From: Convolutriloba macropyga
Lineage: Eukaryota
Direction of reading: 5' to 3'
DNA: 64,000 nt
Assembly (NCBI RefSeq): GCF_964194025.1
Contig: NC_134468.1
Coordinates: 72,230,001 to 72,294,000, forward strand
Shown here: positions 50,834-63,728 of the stretch, piece after piece
How positions within the stretch are numbered: the stretch's first letter is position 1
How the letters are laid out: each line of letters begins with the position of its first letter
Made by a program: the position numbers and the translations under genes
Notes under the pieces: model-generated
Database searches by the model: none
The model's input: only the letters and a program-made list of their open reading frames with translations
Told to the model about the DNA's origin: nothing

Positions 50834-52904
50834 TCTGACATGTGATTAGAAGTGAATTTGATCCAGCGTTGCGCACCTCCTGAATTTAATTGGAAAAATT
50901 TTTTCTTCAAACGAAAAATGTTTCTTGATAAGTTCCACACTCCACACGTTACAAGATGTTTTCTCAGTTCGAAAAAATATTCTTGTAATTTGAACTATAC
51001 AATGCCAAAACAAAAACGAGAACGTTTTCCATCACTGCAATTACTGAGTTCTGAGTTTTTAAACAATAGATCCCTGTTCCTTCCCAGATTTCTCATTAGA
51101 ATTTTATACTCTAAATCCTTACTTAATAGGTATTGAATCAAATATTGAAAATATCAAACTATTGTCACAGTTTTTGTTTTCGAAAAACATTGTTGAAACA
51201 TTTTAAATTTCCAGCTCCTATTAATCAAATACACAATATGCAACATGCTAAAGCAGCGCTAATTATTGTTTTCACTTAAGTTTTCGGTTTTGCGTTTGAC
51301 GTCAATGTAAAATGAAGAACCGTTAAAGTATCATAAATTCTTGTTAAATTTACAAACTAACTTTTTTTACCATATCCAGCGAAACAACACCCCATAACAA
51401 GAACTTTGTAATTGCCAGGGATGATTTTAAAAAATTCTCAACTGCATTTGATACGAAATTTAAAGAAAAAACAAACAAAACTTAAAATCATTTAACTTTA
51501 AATGTCAAATTATGAAAAGCCCAAACTCAGCCAAAAATTGCTAAGAAAAAGCGAGTTTGGCCCAATTAGCCCAAAAAAGATTTTAGGCTACCTAAATAAT
51601 TCTTGATGGAATTTTTCTCGACCCAATGTGTCATGTTGGACCTTAGCTCCAATCTTTTTATACGTTAGAATTTTAATCAACCCAAAGAGGTTTTGCATGC
51701 GTTTTGCTTGACTTAAATTTTTCAAACTGAACTTTATCTAGATGGTGTACGTTTGTACGCTGGACTTCTCCTGGGCACAATGTCATGAGCAACTTTTCCA
51801 CAGAAAGCGTAATAACAAAAAATGCATGTTTCCGTTCATTCAATTAATGTGGCAAAAAGAGCAAGTGCGACAACTGATTTATCATAAGTTTTTCTCTTTT
51901 GAAATTTTTCCAAATGTATCTTAAACTAGATTGCTTTGGTGCAATTACGTTGAGCCTTCCTCCGTTTCTGCTTCAGTTTAGAAAGAAGCAAAACAAATAA
52001 TGAAAAAATTTTCAAAAATGCGAAAAGGCAAGCCTACGTAAAATTTTTTGCTCAACCCGTAAAACAGACCTTGATCAACCGGTAATTTGACCATAATTTG
52101 GCCGTTGAAACGCTATTTTGTGATCATTAAAAAGACCATACTCTGCCCAAAATATCCTGAAAGGTTCCACTATCCTAAAATATCCTAAAATCCCACTACG
52201 CGCATGAAGACTACAGGCTAGTAAAGCAAAAAAAAAACGAATATTTTTGCTCTGTTCATAAGTTGAGGTCTATAGCTGGGTAGCCTTCTTTTCAGGCGCC
52301 ATGTCAAACGGAAAAATTGAGGAAATTTTTCTTCGGTTATGTCATTAACATCTAGTTGTATTCATCGTGTCTGCTTTGAGTACTATGTCATTTCTGCAAT
52401 GTTTTTAAGTATTCACTGCCATGCTCCTTCAGCAGAACTTGGAGTTAAAATTTCGTCTTTTAAACCGACATTCAAGCCATAAAAAGCGTTCAAACTAAAA
52501 CATTTAAGCACTGTAGAAAACAGTTTGTATACTATAGAATAATAGAATGTATACGGTCGGTTCATGCAAAACATAAAATACTACAAACCAACTACCAAAC
52601 CGTATATTAAATACATGTTTAGCTCTTTAACTGCGTTTAGTTTCACCGTTTGGTGTGTATAGTTGATTAGAGTGCAACCAAGTTCACGCCAAAACCTCTG
52701 AAAGCTGAAGAGCTTTGTTTGCAGCTTACGCTTTTATCCGGAGAATGAAAGTTATTTAGATTACTCAGTTGTCATTTAAACTCTTCGTGACCTTCAATTG
52801 CCCAATTTTTTGATATAATTTTGAACAGATAAGAAATTTGACCACCAGTTGTTTAAATTATTCCAATTTGAAAATTCATCTTATATGATTAAAAGTTCTC
52901 AACA

Positions 52905-53464
52905 ATGGCTGATTCTCTGCAGAACTCATTCACACTAGAAGGTGTTCTTTTTCAAGGACCATTTACCGAACAATCAATTCTAGAAGCCAAAAATTTCCAG
53001 AGCCTCCCTGATGACGTATTCCTCTGTACTTATCCCAGAAGCGGAACAACCTGGGTGCAAAATATCATAATTGGACTCTACTTTGGAGTCGATAAAGTAA
53101 AAGCATCCGGAGCGATGGATGTCGTTGCAGCATTCCCCTACCTGGAATTACAGTTCCCAGGTGGGAAATTCGGACACCAAATAGCTGAGAAAATTCCAGA
53201 AGGTCAACAAAGGTTACTCAAAAGTCATCTCCCGCCCCACTTAGCCCCTAATGATATCTTCGCAAAGAAAAGGAAAACAATTGTTGTTGTTCGGAACCCG
53301 AAAGATTTGGCGCTGAGTTTTCACGAGTTTTATCAGTCGAATCCTCGCCTCGTTAAGTACTATGACTGTGATGGTTTGGAGTCTTTCTTAGATAGATTTG
53401 TGAAAGGTGATGTCCTTTGTGGAAGCTGGTGGGATTGGACGAAGGCGTGGGTCTCAAAATGCAG
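52905..53464 (+). CDS. Cytosolic-type sulfotransferase paralog B, exon 1
   Basis: Motifs TYPRSGTTW, KSHLP, RNPKDLALSF and GSWW. Donor TGC AG|gttact is phase 2, at the same position as in paralog A. Confidence 0.95.
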
Positions 53465-54071
53465 GTTACTTTTTTCTTGATTTTATTTTTTATATACAAA
53501 TTTGAAAACTTCTTTATTTCAATATACTCAGGTAGTCAAGGGACTTAAATTGAGTTTCGAGATAAAAACAAATCAATCTAGACATAATTGAACAAATAAG
53601 AGAAAGATGCATTAATGTGCTTGGTTGAGCTGTCAACACTAAGAATGTACGAATGCCAAAATTAAATTGAGTTGCGTCATATCATGACTATGTTTAGAAC
53701 AGACGGGCGCACGATAAAATTGATGAAGGAAAAATTGTCGTCTCAAAAGCACTTGAAAGTCTTTTAAACAGGAGAAATCCCAAGCAGTCTTAGCCAGTTT
53801 TGCATGCGCTGATTGTTATCTTCATCACCACGAACAAAATAGCACTTCTTAATTTCAATAAGAATCAGTATTTGCCACATTTTTTATATTTAAACAAGAG
53901 AATTTTGTCTAAAACAACTCAGCAATATTCTTTGAGACCGGATGTAACTAATTAGAAGTCGAGTAGACTTTAAAAGTGCATTCCGTTTGTTGCAAAAAAT
54001 GATTTGATTAAGTTTCACCAAAACGGACAGAAACTGAAGTAATTAAAGAGGTACTGGCTATTAAATGTTTT

Positions 54072-54232
54072 TTATCGTCCTTTTCCCCTCCTCACAATTA
54101 AGTAAACGTAAAAGATGTTTGGAATTTTCACCCTTTTCTGTTTGTTTTCCTACACAAAAAAACAGAAGAGGATGAAAATTCCGAACTCAATTTACGTTTA
54201 TTAAAATTGAATGAGGGGGAAAACGGCAATAA
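54072..54232. mobile_element. ~160-bp palindromic MITE-like element in the SULT B intron
   Basis: 'ttttcccctc..taaacgtaaa..ggaattttcacccttttctgttt' is mirrored by 'aaacagaagaggatgaaaattcc..tttacgttta..gagggggaaaa'. Confidence 0.7.
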
Positions 54233-54359
54233 GGTGTTTAAAAAAAACCTTCAAGTTTTTGTTATTTCGGCTAAAAATCGTCCTAATACCAACAACCAGT
54301 GACTTTAAATAGAAAAATTTCAAGGTCAGGGAATATATCATCTGTTTTGTGTTTTTCAG

Positions 54360-54669
54360 GGAAAACCCAGATTCAATGCTCCTTATACACTATGAAGACC
54401 TGCAGAGCAGCTATGAAGAAATTGTCGACAAAATTACAGATTTTTTGAGCCTAACGAAGAGAACGCCTGATCAACTATCAGAACTGAAGGAGGCCACGAA
54501 TGTGGAAGAAATGCGGACAAGATACAAGCCAAGTGTGTTCAGTTTCATCATCAACAAAGGAACCGCTGAAAGGTGGAAAACTGAGTTTCCAGAGGGTTTT
54601 GTGGAAAAGTTTGACAGCCTAACCCAAGAAGTTTTTGATGGAGATGAGGTGCAGCAGAAATTTTTATAG
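54360..54669 (+). CDS. Cytosolic-type sulfotransferase paralog B, exon 2 (terminal)
   Basis: Acceptor 'gtttttcag|G'. Encodes (R)ENPDSMLLIHYEDL...INKGTAERW...QKFL*. The spliced CDS is 870 nt (289 aa). Confidence 0.93.
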
Positions 54670-54911
54670 ATGTCAGTGAGATGTTTTTCTGCAACCATTA
54701 ATTAAAAATTTTGTTATAAATTTTGATTTTGCTTCCAACGACTACACTCACGAGAAACTATGGTAAAATATAATCGTTGTAATTTTTGCTTTTATTGAGA
54801 ACTTCTCCCCGGACTGAATATTGTCATACATTCAACTACTAGTCACTCAGTAAAAATGCAAAGGGTGATGCAATACTGTATACAAAATCTGTTTTAAATC
54901 AGACACGTAAA

Positions 54912-55700
54912 TGTTCTGCCCACTTTAGTGGGGGGAGGAACTATTTACTCAAATAGGCTTTTTTTATTCAGTCAATTTTGGCCCATTGATATAATCATCG
55001 TAGAGAGCTGTGAGTGGTATCATTGAAAACCCGTTCAGCGTAGAATATGGAATTAAGAAGATTTTTTGATTTTCGCTCGGTACAAGGAGTTATAGAGGTG
55101 TGAAATTTTGTGTATAAGAGACAATATTCCGTTGTTTTTTTTCTAATTTTCCGTATTTTTGATCAAATTTTCGTGAATTTTCCTAAAACATATTAAAATT
55201 GTTAACGGCAGTGGGATTGCTTTTATCTTTAAAGACAGAGGAGGGTGGTTGAATTGTTCAATCCGAGTTTTTTGGCCAGAATTTATGCTTCATTTATCAA
55301 AATTCAGACTTTTTTCGTCAAAAATGTGACCAATTATAATTTTTTATCCCATTTTCTTTAATTTTTCCGAATTGACACCTGAAAACTGCAGCCATATTCT
55401 TTGCCAGTACAACAGAAGAGCCAGTTGTAGTCCCATTGGCTTTAGGAGTCTTCTGGAATTGAAACTTTGCCAGTTGTTTGCAAATTTTATCTCAAAAATT
55501 ATGAAAAACGCATTATTTTTTTTGATTTTAGAAACAGTTTCGAATAAAAAAAGATCTATTACGCAACCATTTGAAAAACTGAGTGTTTTATAGATGAGCA
55601 GGAATACCAGGGCTGATTTTGATCTTACCATTTATTCTTACGTAAAAAAAATTAGATTTTAATGGGCCGCGGACTTTTTTTTTCAAAGTATTTCCGCACT
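54912..55700 (+). mobile_element. HINE family copy 3, 5' part only
   Basis: 'tgttctgcccactttagtggggggaggaactatttactcaaat...tcgtagagagctgtgagtggtatcattgaaa...cagcgtagaat' is homologous to 31860-32070. No 3' subTIR or hairpin was found, and the right boundary is approximate. Confidence 0.7.
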
Positions 55701-55879
55701 TATGGATTTTATGTAAGTTACTAACAAGAATTTAAAAACGGGGCTGTATCATCCACTGATACTTTTCTCAAAAAAAAGAGACTGAACAAACATTTTATAG
55801 GTTGCAGAGTAAAGCTCATAATTTTTATGGCTCTGATCAATTGTTTTCGTAAAACTTTACGGACTTCTTATGTTTTGCT

Positions 55880-57560
55880 TTCATTTGTATTACTTTTTGT
55901 AGTCCAATGACTTAATCTTCTCAATCAAAGATCCAATTTGCATTTTTAAGAAAAATCAGCCAGCTTTTTCTACAAGTGAGTTAAGATATTCCGTTTTACA
56001 TCCATTTGTCTCAACTTGGACCCGAAATGAACAGAAAAACCTTCTTTTTTAACAGTTTTTGTAACCCAATGACTTAGTCCCCTTGATCACGGCCCAATTT
56101 GCTTTTTTAAGAGGTTTGAGCGAGCCTAGAAAAAGATTTTAGTTTTCATCTAATGAATCATTTGACTTCAAATATAATGGTTTTGAGGAAATGTCGGTCA
56201 ATTTTTGTACTTTGCCACTATTTTATCATATTTCTTTCAACTCCTAGCGTAGTCTCATGAAAAAACAACCAGAAACTCAATTTTTGAGAGTTATAATTCA
56301 ATTTCTGGAGCAGTTTTATATTTAACTAATGATGTGTTTGTTTTGATACTACGAGTTCTCGTTCTTTTTTATTTCTCAGCAGAATTTCAATTTTTAAGAG
56401 TCCATTTTGTTTCCTTGTCGATTTACCACCTTATGACAGGTCCAATTGAAGGGAAGCGTAGTCAGGAAAATACACAGCTTCGAAAAAGGTTTATTTGAAT
56501 TTTTTAGTTGTTTTTTTTTTGAATAGTTCATTCTTTGGACTGAGACACAGTTCTCTAGCAAAATTTAGCGGATGAAATTTCTGCCTTTAATTGTTTTTCT
56601 TTTAATTGTTCTGCGATATATACTCCGCAATGACAAATTTCAATTGCTTCTCCAGGACATATTACATTTTACTGAACCTAATTAAAGTTTCTATTATAAA
56701 GCAATTTGTTTTGAAACTTTCAAGTTATTTGAAAAAAAAAAAACATTATAAAACTGTCTCCTATTTGCTCTCATTTTTGTAGTCATATACTCACTCTCAC
56801 TATTGTTAAGTCTCGAAACCTTTCATATTTTTCATGTAAAATTCCAATTCTACATGTGAATCAAGATATTCTGTTTTCACATCTACTTGTCTCAACTTGG
56901 ACCCGAAATGAACAGGCAAACCCACATTTAAAAGAACTGTTGAGAGCTTTGTAGTTGGTGAGAACTTCTCATGAAATTCTATTCCACAACATGAATAGAG
57001 CCCTGAACCTTGCTTTATATCTACACAGTGCTCCCATCGGCCATATTTCACACCGAAATGCTATCCAGTAATCAATATTTCAACCAGTTACCAAAGTTTA
57101 ATTTCTCTCAGGGAGTTATCTTTGACCGCCTTGTGTTTTATCTAGTTTTCGTTCTCGATGGAATCTTGACATTTTCAGAGAGAAGGTTTGGGTCGAATTT
57201 GTCGCTTATGAAAGCTACTTCATTCATTTGATTGCTCACCGCATTTTCTAATTTCCCTGCTCAGTGGCTCCAAAGTAATATCTGCTCTCAACGAATCTTG
57301 CAATCCTTGTTTTTCCGACCCTACTTTCACCTCGTCCATTCTCATTTCCAATCAGGAGAACCTTTCTATCACGCGCATGATCTAGAAATTTTCCTTTCGT
57401 CGATTTTCTATCTATTTTGTTTCTTAAAATTTTTCTATTTTGTTTCAAAATTTTTCTAAATAACGATAAGCGACACAACCGTAACTTTCAAGTTTCAAAC
57501 TTCTAAACTTCCTTTTCATACGAGTGGTTGTAGAAAGACGAGAGCAAGGACTGAAATATT
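55880..57560 (-). mobile_element. Highly decayed Ty1/copia LTR-retrotransposon pol remnant
   Basis: Frameshifted copia motifs in order: 'YGCVAY' and 'KIDRKSTKGKFL' (post-integrase region), then 'GIEFHEKFSPTTKLST' and 'QVDVKTEYL...EFYM...GF' (RVT_2), then 'IKGTKSLG' near 56070-56095. No LTRs were seen. Confidence 0.75.
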
Positions 57561-59553
57561 TGCACTCTGGCTTCATGATAGCAAATGCCCTCATCAAGGG
57601 GTTAGGGAAAAATAAACACGCTAAGTTTTGGTAGGCTCTGCTAGGTGACACCCAACCCAAATGAGGGGTGAAGAAAGTCAAGAATGACTTCCGGTAACTT
57701 CCGATTTTTGATTTGAGTTCAAATCCAGATGGTACATAATCAAAAACATTCTGCTTGGCACAGAGTTTTAAAAATATTAACCCTAAATTTTAACCCAAAA
57801 TAGCGACGAACATTAATAAGCCAAATGCTTATGTGTTACAGTTTGGACTGTAGTTTTTGTTTGAAAACGAATGAATCAGTAAATAATGCCTATGTCATGA
57901 TGAAACGGTTTTCACTGCAATCAGGGAGCTAAAAATATGTTGTGTCCAATTCTCAAAAAAACTTTTTAAAACCCTCATTCTAAAAGCCTTAAAACAAATC
58001 GAATTTCAGATCGAGTTTTTCAACTATTATTAAGTGCTACTTCAGTTTCGTTTGCATTGTTAAGTTTCCATCTTCAGTCTACAAATTGATGTAAAACTAT
58101 TAATTAAAAGTCTTGTATTTGAGAATCGAGGAGGCGTCATCAGTCAGTCACACATAGGCCAGTATTTCCAATTGTATTGTTTCATGTTGATTACCACATT
58201 GATGTCTTCATGTGCTTCTGCGTTTTTAATGGTTTATATTTGACGAGTGGCAACTTTTCACAATACCTCGCTTGAATACCTCAGAGAGCGCCATCTTTTT
58301 ACAAAAATTGACAAAAATTTTTTGAAGCTATTGAATGAGACAATACAGTTTATTAAAATATTTTACAGTTAATATAGTAAAATATATTAAATATAAAATT
58401 TTAGATGATTGAGGGCATATTTTAGAATCCAACGGATCAAAAGAACTAAAATGTTAGCGGGTCCAATAACTACTAAAATTATTCTAGAAAGCTTTAACTC
58501 ATTTATCTTTATCCAGCTCTTTAAATGAAATCGTTTAAACCTCTTATAATTGGTCGATCAGAAATTTTTTCTTAGGCAAATTCTTTCCGCCATTGTTTTT
58601 TTGATATAGTTTCCGTTTTAGCTTTGAGAACACGTTCACTGAATAAGTTCTTTGCTTCTGTAAATGCTACAGCAGACATAAACAGGAACCCTGAACGACA
58701 TGATTACAGGACAATCCATATGAAGAAAGTTACAACGATTCAAAAAAGACACCCCCCCCCCCCCCAAAAAAAAAAAGAAATTAACCACTTGTCACAATTA
58801 AGCCATTTTGTCATACAGCTTTGTTATTGGATATTAAATTGATTAAGTGTTGTAGTTATTAACCCCATTAATTATGAACCTAGTGCTGTAATTATCATCT
58901 TTGAAATTTTTGGTTTTATTACAGTCTGTTAATGGGCTTCTTCAAAATTGCGACAGATGAGCTAAACTTCATCAACACAGAGACAAAAAAAACTTTTTTC
59001 CTTAATATTTGCAAAGCTCTACCATATTTCTGATTGAAACAAATTTCCAGGCGTGTTATTTTGGCTGATCAGAAGTTCAGTATGATCTTTTGGATTAAGA
59101 CCTTTTCTAACGCAACAAAAATGGGGTCAAGCAAAATTGCAAAGATAGTTTAAGTCGAGCTATAGTCTTTTCATGGCCAATTTGGATCAAGCATGGTCTT
59201 TTCATGGGCTATATCTAAACTATGGCTGGACCAGAGTCACTTTGGCCTATATTGGTATCAAACATTGATAACATTGGCTGCGTGTTTGGATATTGATAAT
59301 AATTCTAAATTCAGCAATCAGATACTTCATATCAGGTGCTTATACCCCACACATCAAGTAGATAAATACAGAACTTCAGCAGCTATTTAAAGGTAACAAT
59401 TAGAATAAAACAAAGTTTCACAAAATTGGTTTATTCGAACTAAACTCGTTATTCTTTGGACGGAACAAAAATCGAATCGAATTAATTCTGCGTCTTATAA
59501 AGTCAATTCAAAACTTGACAGAATATTGAAGGAAAATTTAGGCTAAGTGAAGA

Positions 59554-60107
59554 ATGGCTGAAAGGCTGAATTCGTTTTCACTGGAAGGTGTCAAAATTGA
59601 AGGTGCGTATTCAGTGGAATCCTGTTTGGCAACCAAGAACTTCCAAGGACGCGAATCAGATATCCACTTGACCTCGTACCCCAGAACTGGAACTGCCTGG
59701 ACTCAAAATATTCTTGTCGGAATAGTTTACGGTTTAGATTTGTTGGAAGACCTCGATTCCCCAAAAATGCGTCCGCTGTTTCCTTATTTGGAAATGGATT
59801 ACGTGGATGGATTAAGTGGTTCCGAGGTAGCCAATCAGAGCACGAGAAACCCCAGGATGTTGAAAAACCACATGCCACCAAATCTGGCGCCTCAAGAAAT
59901 ATTTTCACTAGGGCGAAAAAATATCGTGATAGCTCGTAACCCGAAAGACACAGCGTTGAGCTACTTTAAGTTCTACCAAACCAACCCAAACTTGATGAAA
60001 TTTTATACATCGAACGGACTTGAAGATTTTCTGGATAAGTTTTTGGAAGGAGATGTGGCGTATGGCAGTTGGTGGATTTGGACAAAAAGCTGGATTGACA
60101 AATGCAG
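59554..60107 (+). CDS. Cytosolic-type sulfotransferase paralog C, exon 1
   Basis: Motifs SYPRTGTAW, KNHMP, RNPKDTALSY and YGSWW. Donor TGC AG|gtaaag is phase 2. Confidence 0.95.
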
Positions 60108-60990
60108 GTAAAGAAGCTTCGATAGCAGTTTTGAGACTGTCCAATATCTCATGAAAAGCGCAATACATGGACTGATAGAACAGATAAGCAGATTAAGTGG
60201 CATCTTCAATCGAATCCGAAAAATTAATAAGGCCCATTAAAAACAATGGACATAGCGCGTGTCCAATAAATTCGAAACAATCAAATGTTTCAAAAACGAC
60301 AAGGCGGAGTTCAAAAGTCAAATTTCAAATTTAAAACGTGTATAGAAAACGAGATGAAATAAATTTTAAGGGAAGAGATTTTGACATTCAAATCACCACA
60401 TTGATGCTCAATTGCATGTCTTTCAGGTTTTCGACCGATCGATTATTTCTGCTTCATGGGACAAGTTGACAATAAATTAATTTTTTGGAAACGTTGTAAA
60501 GCAAATCAGCTTCTCTTAATGACGCTTCTTGCACTGTACTGGTATGAAATTATCTCTACTTGATTACTTTATAAGCAAAACCATTGGTTGAGTAAGAAAA
60601 CAACAAAATAACTATTGAGAAGTTTTGGCGAAAACAACTTTTGTGAAGCGCTTCATTCGTCGATTGAACGTCCAGCCTAAAATTTTAATCAAGGTCTTTT
60701 TCAGTTGAACAAAACTTTGCAATTATAATTATTTGAAAAATAGAAGAACATTTTATGAGATACCAGTGCTAGATTAACGGTGAACCATTTTTTGACGTAA
60801 ACTCAGAAAATACGAACAGTGGAGCTGCGTAATATGTATTAGCACAAAACGTTTGTTAGATGCCAAACACCCGTCAAAAGCCAAACAATGTGCTATAACT
60901 TGAAAAGGCAAAATCTGATTAAATTAGATGCAGATCAATTTTTCATTTGATTTATGCCACATTTTGAACCCAATATGAACTCAAAATGAT

Positions 60991-63669
60991 AACAAGGCGG
61001 CTCGGTAATGTGCGATGGCACATAAGGTTCCGACCCCGCCCATCCACAATTTTGGCACAATTGTCTACCAAATGAGGAACAGATAGAAAAACCCAAAAAT
61101 TATTTTTTGCGAATCCCAAAAAAGCCCAAGTCTTTTTCAAAAAATTCTGTATGAACGATAAGATAGCCTCCAAAGCAAATAACTCAGTGGAGTAAAAATT
61201 GATGCATTAGATTGCTGTAATATGTCAATATTAAGAAAGCGAGTCAAGACGAACAGCAAAATCAAACAACAACAACAACAAACATTAATTACATCAAAAA
61301 ATTTATGTCCCTCTTAAAAACTAAATTTAATAACAAAGTCAACATACCATCAGATAAACCTAAAACTAAACAAAAATAACTTATAAATCACCAAAAAACA
61401 TATGCGACCAGTCCATAAAAAGGTTTGGTAACAATTATACAAAAAAAGAACAAAAACAGTAAAGTAAAAAAAATTAATTTATTTTTTTGAAACAGTTAAC
61501 TTCAAAGTAATAAATACCATTAGGAATCAATTAATATTACCACAAATTTACGATTACCACTGCGTCTATAGAAGGGCATTAGGACCTTCCATATTCATTT
61601 TTTAAAGCGGCTAAAAAGAACAACAAAGAACAAACAAAATTTCAATTGAAACTTGCCAGAAAACGCTGTCAAAACCGTCAAGCCAAATTTTGGCACTCCA
61701 AATATATTTGATTGCGCCTTCTTCGAACAGCTATAATGCAGTACGTGGCCATTCATTATTAAGACAAGGTAACAAGTAGACAAAAAAGCGAAGTGCTAAA
61801 GTATGTAATACTTTTAATTTTTTTTTTCGAAACAAAATTACATTCAATGTCATGAAAGGCATTATTTACAAAAAAAGCTATTTATATAAGGTCGTTTATT
61901 CATAAAAAAGAAGCCCTCGAGACCGGTAATTATCCAGAATATTTCTTGCATCTACAAAAAGAACGTCAAATATGACAAAAATCAAATTAATTTACTTTTT
62001 TTTTGTGAAAAACCGGTGTCGAAGCCAGTAAAGTCATAACAAATTCTTTAAAAAAAAGATTTTGGGACACCAATCCCTTTTATTCCCTTGACACCCATAA
62101 TGTCATATTTGACCTGTAATTAACTAACGAGATTAGGTAACAAAAAGAAACATAAAAAGAACAAAATTGCGAAGTTAAAAAGTTTTTTTTTTAATTTTGG
62201 AAAACGATTGTTTTCAAAGTCATGAAAGCCATCAGCTATCTACTAATATCAGAATATTGGTTCTTCTATTCTTCCATGACAAGCCAATGAAAGCTATCAC
62301 TATACTGGAAATTTCATACGACCGAAACGACAAAGTATAAATGACAGTTAGAGACAAAATTGAAAAATTCAATTGATTTCTTCAAGAAAGAGGCGTCGAG
62401 GCCGTTAAAACGATGATGTCTATCTTTCAGGATTTTAATATGCTCAACTGAATCTTATTCTGAATGCTAATAAGGTGACATGAGAACTGTCAATAATGTG
62501 ATAATGTGACAAAATTAGAAAACGTGAAAAACTGGCAAACATCAAAACAAACAAAAATCTGAAATCTTGTAGTATCAAAGACAGAAAGCAATAACTTCAG
62601 GCTTAAAACTGCAACCGTGAATAAATGTTAAATCAGTGGAAAGAAGAAGCAGTCTTTCTTTGCCGACACTAAGCTGGAAGTTGAACAAATTAAGAAAAAG
62701 CAGAGGAAAAGTTAATTAAGCCACTATTTTTTGAAAAGTCAATTATTTTTAAAAAAAGAAACGACCATAAACTTTCAATTAAAAAACTAAATGCATTAGC
62801 TTGGAGCTACTTAGCAAGCGAATTGGTTGGACCTATCATTAGTGAGCTTTGATTTGAAATGTTCTGTTATTTAATTAATATATAAAAAAGATCGAAATTT
62901 TTTCATAAAAAAAAGACCGACTGATTACAACCCGATTTTTTTCGGATTGTAACAGTCCAAGAATGACCCAAAACTAGCCCTGCTAATGCTTATTGTCCGT
63001 TAGGAACGATTGATTTTTCGAATGTTGTAGATATAGATAATTTGTTAGTTGAAAACTCAAAATAAATTCTGCATTTTTGATAATCAACGAGTAAAGTTAA
63101 CAAAAAACGGCAAACTTTTAACTACAGTGCACTCTCAGCGGACTCTGAAGTAGAAATAGCCCCCCTCTGAGTCTACAAAGATTGTATGAGTGTTGTTTGG
63201 GGGTGTACTGTCGGCAAATTTAATCAAAGTGGACTAAAGTAGCTTATTTCGGGCTGTTTTTGATAAAAAAAGGCTAAATTTTATCCAGATTTTTTGACCA
63301 AAAAAATTAAATCAAAACAATCAACAATGCTTGTTCGTCTTCAAAAATAAAATCAACGACACTATTTTTAAAAATTATAACAAATTTTAGCAAAATTGAC
63401 GAAAATTTAGGCAAAAATTCCGGAAAATGTGAATAAAAACAACGTCAATTCACTCTTCTTTTCTCAGAAGTTTAAACCTCGATAACTCCCTGTAGAAAAC
63501 GAAAATTTAAAAAATCTTTTTAATTCCATATTCTACGCTGGACGAGCTTTCAAATGATACCAGTCTCAACTCTCTACGATGAATATATCGAGCGGCGAAA
63601 ATTCACGGAACAAAAAAAAACCCATTTGAGTATATAGTTCCTCCCTCCTCAATAGGGTCGGAACAATAA
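60991..63669 (-). mobile_element. HINE family copy 4, complete, inside the SULT C intron
   Basis: 3' end 'aacaaggcggctcggtaatgtgcgatggcacataaggttccgaccc' at 60991 and 5' end 'cccatttgagtatatagttcct...gggtcggaacaataa' to 63669. Confidence 0.8.
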
Positions 63670-63728
63670 TATGGTCAGGTAACTGCTTTTTGACATCATG
63701 ATCTCGCCAGCTTGTTTGTTTATTTCAG

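Noticed and set aside
29151-50940. ORFs containing long X runs (around 29.2, 36.3 and 50.6 kb)
   Set aside because: Artefacts of translating through N gaps.
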